NCBI GenBank assembly: GCA_021163425.1
Contig: JAGGWS010000072.1
Location: 6,582 to 70,581 of the forward strand
DNA: 64,000 nt
Direction: 5' to 3'
Source: Candidatus Omnitrophota bacterium
Lineage (GTDB): Bacteria > Omnitrophota > Gorgyraeia > Duberdicusellales > Duberdicusellaceae
Shown here: piece after piece, positions 9,747 through 18,442 of the stretch
How the letters are laid out: every line of letters starts with the position of its first letter
Numbering within the stretch: the stretch's first letter is position 1
Position numbers and translations under genes: made by a program
The notes under the pieces: model-generated
Told to the model about the DNA's origin: nothing
The model's database searches: none
The model's input: the letters and a program-made list of their open reading frames with translations, nothing else

Positions 9747-11054
9747 ATGGAGTTAAAAATCCCTATCTTACAGTTAGCCTTAGATTTTTTAAACTTAGAG
9801 AGAGCTCTTAAGATAGCTAAAGAAGCAGTAAAGGCTGGAGTGGACTGGTTAGAAGCAGGCACTCCTCTAATTAAGAGTGAAGGTTTAGATGCTTTAAGAG
9901 CTTTAAGAAAAGAATTTCCCAAAGTCACTTTAGTTGCTGATGTTAAAACTATTGATGTAGGAAGAATAGAAGTAGAAGCCTGTGCTAAGGCAGGAGCAGA
10001 TATTGTTTGTGTTTTAGGATTAGCTTCTGATTCTACTCTTAAAGAATGTATCCGGGCAGGGAAAAATTACGGAGCAAAAATTTGGGTTGATTTAATAGAA
10101 GTAAAAGAAGAAGAGTTAGAGAAAAGAGCAAGAGAGGCTGAAATTATAGGTGCTGATTTTGTAGGAGTTCACACTTCTATTGATGAGCAGATGCAGGGAA
10201 AAGACCCTTTTTTAGGGTTAAAGAAGGTAGTAAAAGCAGTAAATATTCCGGTAGGAGTAGCCGGCGGCATAAATTCAGAAACAGCTTATCAGGCAGTTAA
10301 ATCAGGAGCAAGTATTATAGTAGTAGGGGGTTCAATAACTAAGGCTAAATCTCCTTTTAAGGAAGCAAAGAAAATTAAAGAAGCTCTGTTTGAAAAGAAA
10401 AAGATAAAGAGCGAGTTCTTTAAAAGGGTAAGACTTACGGAAGTAGAAAAGATTTTAAAGAAAGTTTCTACTCCCAATATTTCTGATGCTCTCCACAGGA
10501 GTGGAGAGGTAGAGACCCTTTTCCCTTTATTTTCCGGGATAAAGATAGCAGGTAAGGTTTTAACAGTGAGGACTTATCCCGGAGACTGGGCAAAGCCAGT
10601 AGAGGCAGTAGATTTAGCTGATAAAGGTGATGTTTTGGTTATAGATGCTGGAGGTCAGCCTCCAGCAGTTTGGGGAGAGTTGGCTACTCACGGAGCTCTT
10701 CAGAAGGGGCTTTCGGGGGTAGTAATAAATGGGGGAGTTCGCGATACTAAAGAAATCAAGAAGTTGAAGTTCCCAGTATTTACTAAGTTGATTACTCCTA
10801 CTGCTGGCGAGCCTAAGGGTTTGGGAGAAATAGGAGTGCCTTTAGTAATTGAAGGAGTGAGAATTGAGACTGGAGATTATATAGTAGGTGATGATGATGG
10901 TTTAGTAGTCATTCCTAAGAATATTCTAATAGAGACCACTAATCGGGCAATGGGTATTTTAGAACAGGAAAATAGATTGAGAGAAGAAATAGACCAAGGT
11001 TCAACTTTAGCTAAAGTTATTGAACTTTTGAGGTGGGAGAAGAAGAAAAGTTAA
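9747..11054 (+). CDS. 3-hexulose-6-phosphate synthase fused to an RraA/HMG-aldolase-like domain
   Basis: N-terminal LQLALD, EAGTPLIK, ADVKTIDVG, VAGGIN; C-terminal STPNISDA, AVWGEL, GGVRD, GDDDG. Confidence 0.88.
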   Translation: MELKIPILQLALDFLNLERALKIAKEAVKAGVDWLEAGTPLIKSEGLDALRALRKEFPKVTLVADVKTIDVGRIEVEACAKAGADIVCVLGLASDSTLKECIRAGKNYGAKIWVDLIEVKEEELEKRAREAEIIGADFVGVHTSIDEQMQGKDPFLGLKKVVKAVNIPVGVAGGINSETAYQAVKSGASIIVVGGSITKAKSPFKEAKKIKEALFEKKKIKSEFFKRVRLTEVEKILKKVSTPNISDALHRSGEVETLFPLFSGIKIAGKVLTVRTYPGDWAKPVEAVDLADKGDVLVIDAGGQPPAVWGELATHGALQKGLSGVVINGGVRDTKEIKKLKFPVFTKLITPTAGEPKGLGEIGVPLVIEGVRIETGDYIVGDDDGLVVIPKNILIETTNRAMGILEQENRLREEIDQGSTLAKVIELLRWEKKKS

Positions 11055-11168
11055 TTCATTAGCAAAAAAGAAAAGGAAGAATTAGCTGATATTTTTACAA
11101 AGGGATAAATGGGGTTAGATTTGCTTTTAAAATAGACCCGGTTAATATAAGCTTCAGGGTTAAATAAC

Positions 11169-11197
11169 TTGACTATTTAGAGGGGTTGTGGTAAGAT
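11169..11197 (+). promoter_or_regulatory. Putative sigma70 promoter
   Basis: TTGACT, 17 nt, TAAGAT with extended -10 TG; supports ATG 11220 as the start. Confidence 0.6.
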
Positions 11198-11219
11198 GTT
11201 GGCAAATAAGGGGTGGATT

Positions 11220-11861
11220 ATGAAGTATTTTAGGATATTTAGCGTAATAAGTGTTTGTTTATTAGTTATTACTTATCTATCAGGATGTGCTTTAGTGATT
11301 CAGAAGGGTCGGCGTTCAGATTTAGAAAAGATAAAGCAGTTAGAGCAAGAGTTAACTGAGCTTAGGTCTGCGAAGAGTTTGTTAGAGGAAAGGTTTTCTA
11401 AAGAGATAAAAGATAAAGAAGTAAAACTTAAGATGGAAGAGAGAGGTTTAGTTATTACGGTTTTAGCAGAGGTTCTTTTTGATTCGGGGAAGACTGAGCT
11501 TCGTCAGGAGAGTTTTCCTATATTAGATAAGGTGGCTAAAATTTTAAAGGAGGAACTTAGAAGTCATAATGTGGGCATAGAAGGTCATACTGATAATCAG
11601 CCTATAAAATATTCGGGCTGGAAATCTAACTGGGAGTTATCTACTCACCGGGCTCTAAGTGTTTTACATTATTTGGAGGAGAAAGGAATAAGTCCTGCTC
11701 GTCTCTCAGCTATTGGTTATGGAGAATATAGGCCGGTAGCTTCCAATGATACTCCTGAAGGAAGGCAGTTAAATCGTCGGGTAGAAATAGTAGTCCTTCC
11801 TCGTTTGGTAAAAAAATTAGAGATGGAAAAACCAGAATCCAAAGAAGAGATTTTTAAGTAA
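11220..11861 (+). CDS. OmpA/MotB-family peptidoglycan-binding lipoprotein with coiled coil
   Basis: Lipobox LSGC; LFDSG, EGHTD, NWELS-x2-RA, GYGE, NRRVEI. Confidence 0.88.
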   Translation: MKYFRIFSVISVCLLVITYLSGCALVIQKGRRSDLEKIKQLEQELTELRSAKSLLEERFSKEIKDKEVKLKMEERGLVITVLAEVLFDSGKTELRQESFPILDKVAKILKEELRSHNVGIEGHTDNQPIKYSGWKSNWELSTHRALSVLHYLEEKGISPARLSAIGYGEYRPVASNDTPEGRQLNRRVEIVVLPRLVKKLEMEKPESKEEIFK

Positions 11862-11927
11862 ACCCCGACTACGGCTTAACTCTCTGTCTGGAGAGGGTGT
11901 AAGCGTGGCTTTCTAATGGTGCGGGGT
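11862..11927. repeat. Nested intergenic palindrome (REP-like)
   Basis: ACCCCG-ACTA/TGGT-G-CGGGGT outer arms enclosing GCTTA/TAAGC and CTCTC/GAGAG. Confidence 0.5.
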
Positions 11928-11950
11928 AAAAATTTAAGGAGGTAGGTTAG

Positions 11951-12298
11951 ATGAGGGATTCGTCAATTTTAGGATTTTTAGCAGGGGTTATTGTACTTTT
12001 ATTAATTGTGGTTTTCTCTTTAGGCTATCAGCTTAATAAGGCTCATAAATATTCTTCTAGAGAAAAAAGTTTGAGGATAAAGGCAGAAGAAAGAGTAGAC
12101 AGTTTAGAAAAGGAAAAAGGCAATCTCTTAAAGAAAATAGAGAATTTAGAAAACCAACTTAATTCTACCAAGGAAGTTTTAGCCTCTAAAGAGAAGGTAA
12201 TTGGAGAATTAAAGTTAGAGATAGAAAAATTAAAGAGATTAAAGGCGAAATTAGAGGAAAATCTAAGTGAAGAATTAATAAAAAGGGATACTCCTTAA
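11951..12298 (+). CDS. Hypothetical membrane-anchored coiled-coil protein
   Basis: N-terminal TM helix, E/K/L heptads; AAGGAGGT SD. Confidence 0.8.
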   Translation: MRDSSILGFLAGVIVLLLIVVFSLGYQLNKAHKYSSREKSLRIKAEERVDSLEKEKGNLLKKIENLENQLNSTKEVLASKEKVIGELKLEIEKLKRLKAKLEENLSEELIKRDTP

Positions 12299-12335
12299 GG
12301 AGAGAAGTTACTTCTTTTTTATTGATTTCTGGAAG

Positions 12336-12360
12336 AAGGGGCTGGAGAGCCCCTTTTTTT
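12336..12360 (+). terminator. Intrinsic terminator-like hairpin
   Basis: AAGGGGCT-GGAG-AGCCCCTT followed by a T run. Confidence 0.7.
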
Positions 12361-12367
12361 GTAGAAG

Positions 12368-13075
12368 ATGGCTTTTCCTGAGCATGTAGGGATAATTATG
12401 GATGGAAATGGACGCTGGGCTAAAAGGAGGGGTTTGCCCAGGAATTTTGGTCATCGCAAAGGAATAGAAAATGTAGAGAGGATTTCTAAATATGCCCAGA
12501 AGAAGGGGGTAAAAATTCTGAGCTTATTTGCTTTTTCTACTGAAAACTGGAAGAGGCCTAAGCAAGAAGTTGATTTTTTATTTTCCTATTTAGAAGAATA
12601 CTTAATAAAAAATAAGCAGGAAATGAAAGATAGAGGAGTGGGTTTGAATGTAATGGGAAGAAGAGAGGGTTTACCCCTGAGTTTAGTAAGTCAGATAGAA
12701 GAAGCAGTAATACTTACAAAAGATAATAAAGATTTTATTCTGAATATAGCTTTAAATTACGGAGGAAGAGCTGAAATTGTAGACGCTGTAAATAGTATCA
12801 TTTTAGATTATCAAGAAAAAAAATTTAACTTACCTCTAAATGAAGATAAGTTTAAAAGTTATCTCTATAGCCCTTTTATTTCTGACTTAGATTTATTGAT
12901 TAGAACTGCGGGAGAAGAGAGAATCAGTAATTTTTTTCTCTGGAGGTTAGCTTACTCTGAACTCTATTTTACTGAGACTTTGTGGCCAGATTTTAATGAA
13001 GTTGATTTTGATAAAGCTTTGGAGGCTTTTTCTCAGAGAAAGAGGAGGTTTGGAGGGTTGAGGGATGGTGGCTAA
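12368..13075 (+). CDS. uppS: Undecaprenyl diphosphate synthase
   Basis: HVGIIMDGNGRWA, FAFSTENW, RTAGEERISNF. Confidence 0.96.
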   Translation: MAFPEHVGIIMDGNGRWAKRRGLPRNFGHRKGIENVERISKYAQKKGVKILSLFAFSTENWKRPKQEVDFLFSYLEEYLIKNKQEMKDRGVGLNVMGRREGLPLSLVSQIEEAVILTKDNKDFILNIALNYGGRAEIVDAVNSIILDYQEKKFNLPLNEDKFKSYLYSPFISDLDLLIRTAGEERISNFFLWRLAYSELYFTETLWPDFNEVDFDKALEAFSQRKRRFGGLRDGG

Positions 13076-13889
13076 GAGGATTAGAAGTAGTTTAGCCTTA
13101 ATAGGGATAACTGTTCTTTCTATAATTTTTAGACCTCTATGTCTTTTAACAGTTCTTCTCTTTATTCTTATCGGGCTTTGGGAATTCTTCTTGATGATTG
13201 AGAAAAAGAAGGTAAGGCTGTTTAAGTTTTTTGGGCTGATATTGGGTGCTTTTATCCCTATTTCTATATTTTTTCAATTTCCTATCACCCGTGAATGGCA
13301 ATTATTTTTAGTACTCTGTGGTTTGTTTATACTTTTCTTGTTGGAGTTGACTCGCAAAGAAAATCAGGATACGGTTCTTTCTATTTCAGCAACAGTTTTT
13401 GGAGTTTTATATGTTTCTTGGTGTTTTAGCTTTATCTTAAGAATTAGAAATTTAGAAGGAGGAGTCTTTCTTTTAGGATTTTTGATTTTAGTAGTTAAAG
13501 CCCAGGATTTAGGAGCTTATATTATAGGTAGTCTTTGGGGAAGACACTCCTTACTAAAAAGAGTAAGCCCTAATAAATCTATAGAGGGAGCAATAGGAGG
13601 ATTAGTTTTTAGTGTAATATTTGCCTTGTTATTTAGAGCTTGGCTTGATAATTTTACTATTTTCCAAGTTATGGGACTGGGGTTAATTTTAGGAGTAGTT
13701 GGTCAGTTAGGAGATTTATTTGAGTCTTTGTTAAAGAGAGATTGCCAGGTTAAAGATTCAGGAAGGATTTTACAAGGTATGGGAGGAGTATTGGATATTA
13801 TTGATAGTTTAATTTTTTCTGCACCAGTATTTTATTTTTATATTACTATGTTTAAAAATATTTCCTTTTATCATCTTCTGTTCAAGTAA
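13065..13889 (+). CDS. cdsA: Phosphatidate cytidylyltransferase
   Basis: SPNKSIEG, GDLFES-x2-KR-x4-KDSG, GGVLD; multiple TM helices. Confidence 0.93.
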   Translation: MVAKRIRSSLALIGITVLSIIFRPLCLLTVLLFILIGLWEFFLMIEKKKVRLFKFFGLILGAFIPISIFFQFPITREWQLFLVLCGLFILFLLELTRKENQDTVLSISATVFGVLYVSWCFSFILRIRNLEGGVFLLGFLILVVKAQDLGAYIIGSLWGRHSLLKRVSPNKSIEGAIGGLVFSVIFALLFRAWLDNFTIFQVMGLGLILGVVGQLGDLFESLLKRDCQVKDSGRILQGMGGVLDIIDSLIFSAPVFYFYITMFKNISFYHLLFK

Positions 13890-13904
13890 AAAACAAAAAT
13901 AAGG

Positions 13905-15038
13905 ATGAAAAGAATAATTATTTTAGGTTCCACAGGTTCTATTGGGAGAGCTACTTTAAAGGTCGTAAAAGAAAATCTTGATAAGTTTGAAGTAATAGGC
14001 CTTTCAGCGAGAAAAAATACTTCTCTTCTTAATAAGCAGATAGAGGAATTTAGGCCTTCTTACGTAAGTATTTTAGATAAAGGAAAGGCTAAAGCTCTCA
14101 AAATTAATAAAGGCCTGAAGATATTAGCCGGAGAAGAAGGCTTAGAGGAACTCTCTAGGAAAGAATGTGATATTTTAGTTTTAGGAGTGCCTGGTCTTTC
14201 TGCCCTTAAGCCTTTGTTTTCTTGCTTGGGGAGAGCTAAAAAAGTTCTTTTAGCTAATAAAGAAGCAATTATCTCTGCAGGTGAGATTATAAAAGAGAGA
14301 GCGAAGAATGAGAATACTGAACTCTTTCCTGTAGATAGCGAAGCCTGGGCGGTATCTAATCTTCTTAAGAGAGAAGAGAGAGAAGATATTCTCTCTGTTT
14401 ATCTTACAGCTTCAGGAGGTCCTTTCTGGGATAAGCCTAAAGAGATTATTAAGAATGTTAAAGCTGAAGAGGCAATAAGACATCCAGTGTGGAAGATGGG
14501 CAAGAAAATCTCAGTAGATTCAGCCACCCTTATGAATAAGGGTTTTGAAGTGATAGAGATAAGGAGGTTATTTAATATAGACTCAGAAAATATAAAGATA
14601 CTTATTCATCCTCAATCAGTAGTCCATGCCTTTTTGGAAAAGAGAGATAAGAGCTTAATTTCCTGTATGTTTTATCCCGATATGAGAATACCTATTTCTT
14701 CAGGATTGGGAATAGATAATTTTTCTTTAAAAGGGAAGAAGCTTCTTTTAGATAAGATAAAAGGCTTAGAATTTTTTCTGCCTGATTATAAAAAATTTCC
14801 TCTACTTAATTTGGCTTATTTTGTAGCTAAAAAAGAAAAAAGTTTCCCTACAGTTTTAGTTTCTGCCGATGAGGAAGCGGTAGACTTTTATCTTAAGGAG
14901 AAAATTAGTTTTTCGGACATTCCTAAGATTATAGAAAGAGTAATTGCCAAGCATAAACCAGGAGAGATTACTTCTTTAGAAGATGTTTATTATTGGGAAG
15001 CTTGGGCTAAAGAAAAAGTAAAAGAATTAGTCTTCTAG
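13905..15038 (+). CDS. dxr: 1-deoxy-D-xylulose-5-phosphate reductoisomerase (divergent)
   Basis: LGSTGSIG, LANKE, TASGGPF, HPVWKMGKKISVDSATLMNKG. Confidence 0.92.
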   Translation: MKRIIILGSTGSIGRATLKVVKENLDKFEVIGLSARKNTSLLNKQIEEFRPSYVSILDKGKAKALKINKGLKILAGEEGLEELSRKECDILVLGVPGLSALKPLFSCLGRAKKVLLANKEAIISAGEIIKERAKNENTELFPVDSEAWAVSNLLKREEREDILSVYLTASGGPFWDKPKEIIKNVKAEEAIRHPVWKMGKKISVDSATLMNKGFEVIEIRRLFNIDSENIKILIHPQSVVHAFLEKRDKSLISCMFYPDMRIPISSGLGIDNFSLKGKKLLLDKIKGLEFFLPDYKKFPLLNLAYFVAKKEKSFPTVLVSADEEAVDFYLKEKISFSDIPKIIERVIAKHKPGEITSLEDVYYWEAWAKEKVKELVF

Positions 15039-15054
15039 ATTTAGTTTAAAAAGT

Positions 15055-16119
15055 ATGAGTGTGCTGATATTTATTCTTATTTTGGGAATTTTAGTAGTGG
15101 TTCACGAACTGGGGCATTTTCTTTTAGCTAAGGCTTCAGGAGTAAAAGTAGAAGTTTTCTCCATTGGGTTTGGGCCTCCCTTAGCTAAATTTAAGTTCAG
15201 AACATTTGACCTTTATATATCTCTTATTTTGTGGGGAGGTTATGTTAAGTTAGCTGGTTTTGAACACCAGGAGCATCAGGGAAAACCTTGGGAGTTTCTA
15301 TCTAAACCTTTAGGAGCAAGAGCTAAGATAATATTAGCTGGTCCTTTATTTAATTATTTATTTAGTTGGGTCTTATTCTGTCTTGTTTTCTTCACCGGCG
15401 TAGAATTTCCTTCTAACCGGGTGGGAAAACTTAAATCCGGCTGGCCAGCGGAAAAAGCCGGAATTAAAGAGCAGGATATAATCTTGGAAGTAGAGGGCAA
15501 ACCTACAAAAACCTGGCAGGATATAACTGAAATAGTTCATAATACTAACCTCAGACAGATGGAGGTAGTAGTTTTAAGAAATGGGGAAAAATTGAGATTT
15601 ACCATTACTCCTAAGAAAGAAGAAGTAAAAGACTTGTTGGGAAGAAAGAGAGCCTTTTCTTTTATCGGAATTTATCCTTCCCAAGAGGTGGTTAAGTTAA
15701 GATACTCTCCTTTAAAAGCGGTTATAAAGGGAAGTTTGAGTTTACTCAAACTCACTTTTCTTACTTTTAAGGCTTTATTCTATATAATAATAGGGGCTCT
15801 TCCCTTTAGAGAGACTCTTACCGGTCCTTTAGGTATATATTATATTACTAAGCAGGCTGTAAGCTGGGGGCTTTCTTCTGTGCTCCACCTTATGGCGGTT
15901 TTAAGTATGAGTTTGGCGATTTTTAATATTTTACCCTTGCCAGTTTTAGATGGAGGGCACCTTTTTCTCTTAGGCTTAGAGAAGATAAGAAGAAAACCTC
16001 TTTCATTGAAGACAGAGGAGATAATTACTAAGATAGGGATGTCTTTTATTTTTCTTTTAATATTCTTTGTTCTCTATAATGATATTGTAAGGTTTGGTTC
16101 TAAAATATTTAGTAAATAA
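15055..16119 (+). CDS. rseP: RIP metalloprotease RseP (M50 + PDZ)
   Basis: HELGH, AGPLFN, NILPLPVLDGG. Confidence 0.94.
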   Translation: MSVLIFILILGILVVVHELGHFLLAKASGVKVEVFSIGFGPPLAKFKFRTFDLYISLILWGGYVKLAGFEHQEHQGKPWEFLSKPLGARAKIILAGPLFNYLFSWVLFCLVFFTGVEFPSNRVGKLKSGWPAEKAGIKEQDIILEVEGKPTKTWQDITEIVHNTNLRQMEVVVLRNGEKLRFTITPKKEEVKDLLGRKRAFSFIGIYPSQEVVKLRYSPLKAVIKGSLSLLKLTFLTFKALFYIIIGALPFRETLTGPLGIYYITKQAVSWGLSSVLHLMAVLSMSLAIFNILPLPVLDGGHLFLLGLEKIRRKPLSLKTEEIITKIGMSFIFLLIFFVLYNDIVRFGSKIFSK

Positions 16120-17174
16120 TGGAGAAAAAAGTTATAAGAGTAGGTAATTTAAAATTAGGAGGCAAAAATCCTATAGTTATAAAAGGAATGATTAAGTCTT
16201 CCTTAGAAGATAACAAAAACTTTTTAAAAGAGGTTAAACTCCTTAAACAAGAAGGTTGCCAAATCTTGAGGGTAGCTATAGAAAAAGAGGGAGATTTAAA
16301 GGTAATAGACTGGTTGAGAAATTTAATAGATGTCCCTTTAGAAGCAGATATTCACTTTAACTATAGGTTAGCTCTCTCAGCTTTAGAGAAGGGTGTAGAT
16401 TGTTTAAGATTAAACCCTTTAAATATCTATAGAAAACCTCAGCTAACAAAGATTGCAAAGCTGGCTAAAGAAAAATCTACGCCTGTAAGAGTAGGTGTTA
16501 ATTCCGGAGGATTTAAAAAAAAGATGGGTAGCAGGGAATTAGCCCAGGCTATGGTTAAGAAGATCTTTTCTTATGTAGAATTTTTGGAGAGTTTAGACTT
16601 TAGGAAAATAATGGTTTCAGCTAAGGCTGATTCTTGTTTAGCTACAATTTTAGCTAATCAGATTCTTTATAAGAAGTTGCCTTACCCCATTCATTTAGGT
16701 TTAACTGCTACTGGCCCTCTTTATGAGGGTTTAATAAAAAGTTCTCTTACTCTGGGGATTCTTATATATCAGGGTATAGGTTCAGCTATAAGAGTTTCTT
16801 TGAATTCTTCTTCTTGGGAGGAAGTAAGAACTGCTGGCTGGATACTCCAATCTTTAGGAAAAGGGCAATTTTATCCTGAAATAATATCCTGTCCTACTTG
16901 TTCGCGGTGTAAGGTAGATTTAAAGAAAAAGGTAGAGAAATTTAAAGAAATGGTTTATAAGAACAGAGATAGTCTGTATAATAAAAACATAAAAGTTGCT
17001 CTTATGGGCTGTGCAGTAAATGGCCCCGGAGAAGCAAGTACCTCAGACTTAGGCTTAGCTTTTGCTGGAAGGAGGGCCCTTCTTTTTAAGAGAGGTAAAA
17101 TAATTAAGGCTATTGAGGAGAAGGACTCTTTAGATACTCTTTGGTATTTTTTAAAAAGGAATTATGATGGATAA
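16119..17174 (+). CDS. ispG: HMBPP synthase IspG (divergent)
   Basis: ADIHF, SCPTCSR, MGCAVNGPGEA; conserved position after rseP. Confidence 0.9.
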   Translation: MEKKVIRVGNLKLGGKNPIVIKGMIKSSLEDNKNFLKEVKLLKQEGCQILRVAIEKEGDLKVIDWLRNLIDVPLEADIHFNYRLALSALEKGVDCLRLNPLNIYRKPQLTKIAKLAKEKSTPVRVGVNSGGFKKKMGSRELAQAMVKKIFSYVEFLESLDFRKIMVSAKADSCLATILANQILYKKLPYPIHLGLTATGPLYEGLIKSSLTLGILIYQGIGSAIRVSLNSSSWEEVRTAGWILQSLGKGQFYPEIISCPTCSRCKVDLKKKVEKFKEMVYKNRDSLYNKNIKVALMGCAVNGPGEASTSDLGLAFAGRRALLFKRGKIIKAIEEKDSLDTLWYFLKRNYDG

Positions 17175-18435
17175 AACTGAACTTAAAAAGATTCTCAGGG
17201 AAAGTTTATTTTTAAATTGGGGAAAAGATAGAAGTTCTTTTAGTGAAGAAGAGATAACCTTTAAAATGGAGGATATTTTTAAAAGTTTAAAGAAGGAAAG
17301 ACAGATAACTATCTCTGATAAAGATAAGGAGACTCTTATCTCAGAAATAATTAATGACGTGTTAGGGTGGGGTCCTCTTCAAAAGCTTATGGAGGATGAA
17401 GAAGTTACTGAAATTATGGTTAATGGCCCTTACCAGGTCTATGCAGAGAAAAAAGGTAAAAAGTTTTTAACTGAGGTTAAGTTTGATAATGAACAGCACC
17501 TTCGTTATATTATTGAGAAGATGATAAGACCTACTGGAAGAAGAGTAGATGAGTCTTTCCCTTATGTAGATTTTTCTTTGGAGAATGGCTCAAGGGTTAA
17601 TGTGATATTGCCTCCTTTATCTGTGGAAGGGCCTGCATTAACTATCAGAAAATTTTTGAAAAGAATAGAATCTTTGGAAGACTTAATAAACTTAGGGACA
17701 TTAGATGAAAAAATGGCTCATTTTCTTAAAGCTTGTATAAAAGCTAAAATCAATATGATTTTTTCTGGGGCCACTGGCGTGGGAAAGACTACCACTTTAG
17801 AAGCTTTATCTTCTTATATTGAGCCTTCAGAGAGAATTATAACTATTGAGGATGCTTTAGAATTACATCTTAGACAGGAGCATGTAGTAAGACTTTTAAC
17901 CCGGCTTCCTAATGTAGAGGGTAAAGGAGAAGTTACTATAAGAGATTTATTTATAAATACTTTAAGGATGAGGCCTTCCCGGATTATCTTAGGAGAAATA
18001 AGAGGCCAGGAAGCCTTAGATTTCCTTCAGGCTTCAAATAGTGGGCATAGGGGTATTTTGGCAGTAATCCATGCTTCTTCACCTGAAGATGTAGTTAGTA
18101 GGTTAGAGACAATGGTTTTTTATTCCGGAGTAAATCTGCCTGTTTGGGCAATCAGAAGGCAGATTACCCAGGGTTTAGAAGTAGTGGTTCAACAGGAGCA
18201 GCTGGTAGATGGCTCTCGAAAGATTACCCGGATAAGTGAGATTGTTGGTTTAGATTCTGAAGATAATATAATTATCAAGGATTTATTCTCTTTTACTCAA
18301 GAAGAGATAACTCCTCAGGGAGAAGTGAGAGGATTTTTTTCTCCTACAGGAGTTTTGCCTACTTTTTTATCTAAATTTGATAAGATGGGAGTTAAAGTGT
18401 CTAAAGAATTATTTGAACCAATAAATAAGAGTTAG
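17164..18435 (+). CDS. cpaF: CpaF/TadA family secretion ATPase
   Basis: EIMVNG, GSRVN, TIRKF, Walker A GATGVGKTT, IEDALEL, LRMRPSRIILGEIRG. Confidence 0.9.
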   Translation: MMDKTELKKILRESLFLNWGKDRSSFSEEEITFKMEDIFKSLKKERQITISDKDKETLISEIINDVLGWGPLQKLMEDEEVTEIMVNGPYQVYAEKKGKKFLTEVKFDNEQHLRYIIEKMIRPTGRRVDESFPYVDFSLENGSRVNVILPPLSVEGPALTIRKFLKRIESLEDLINLGTLDEKMAHFLKACIKAKINMIFSGATGVGKTTTLEALSSYIEPSERIITIEDALELHLRQEHVVRLLTRLPNVEGKGEVTIRDLFINTLRMRPSRIILGEIRGQEALDFLQASNSGHRGILAVIHASSPEDVVSRLETMVFYSGVNLPVWAIRRQITQGLEVVVQQEQLVDGSRKITRISEIVGLDSEDNIIIKDLFSFTQEEITPQGEVRGFFSPTGVLPTFLSKFDKMGVKVSKELFEPINKS

Positions 18436-18442
18436 AATAAAA

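Noticed and set aside
11055-11108. In-frame 17-codon extension after the HPS-RraA stop (possible readthrough)
   Set aside because: The stop is TAA, the protein already ends at a plausible family terminus (LLRWEKK), and no recoding signal is visible.
11220-11861. Flagellar stator MotB
   Set aside because: Has a lipobox rather than the Asp-bearing TM helix; no motA or flagellar genes nearby.
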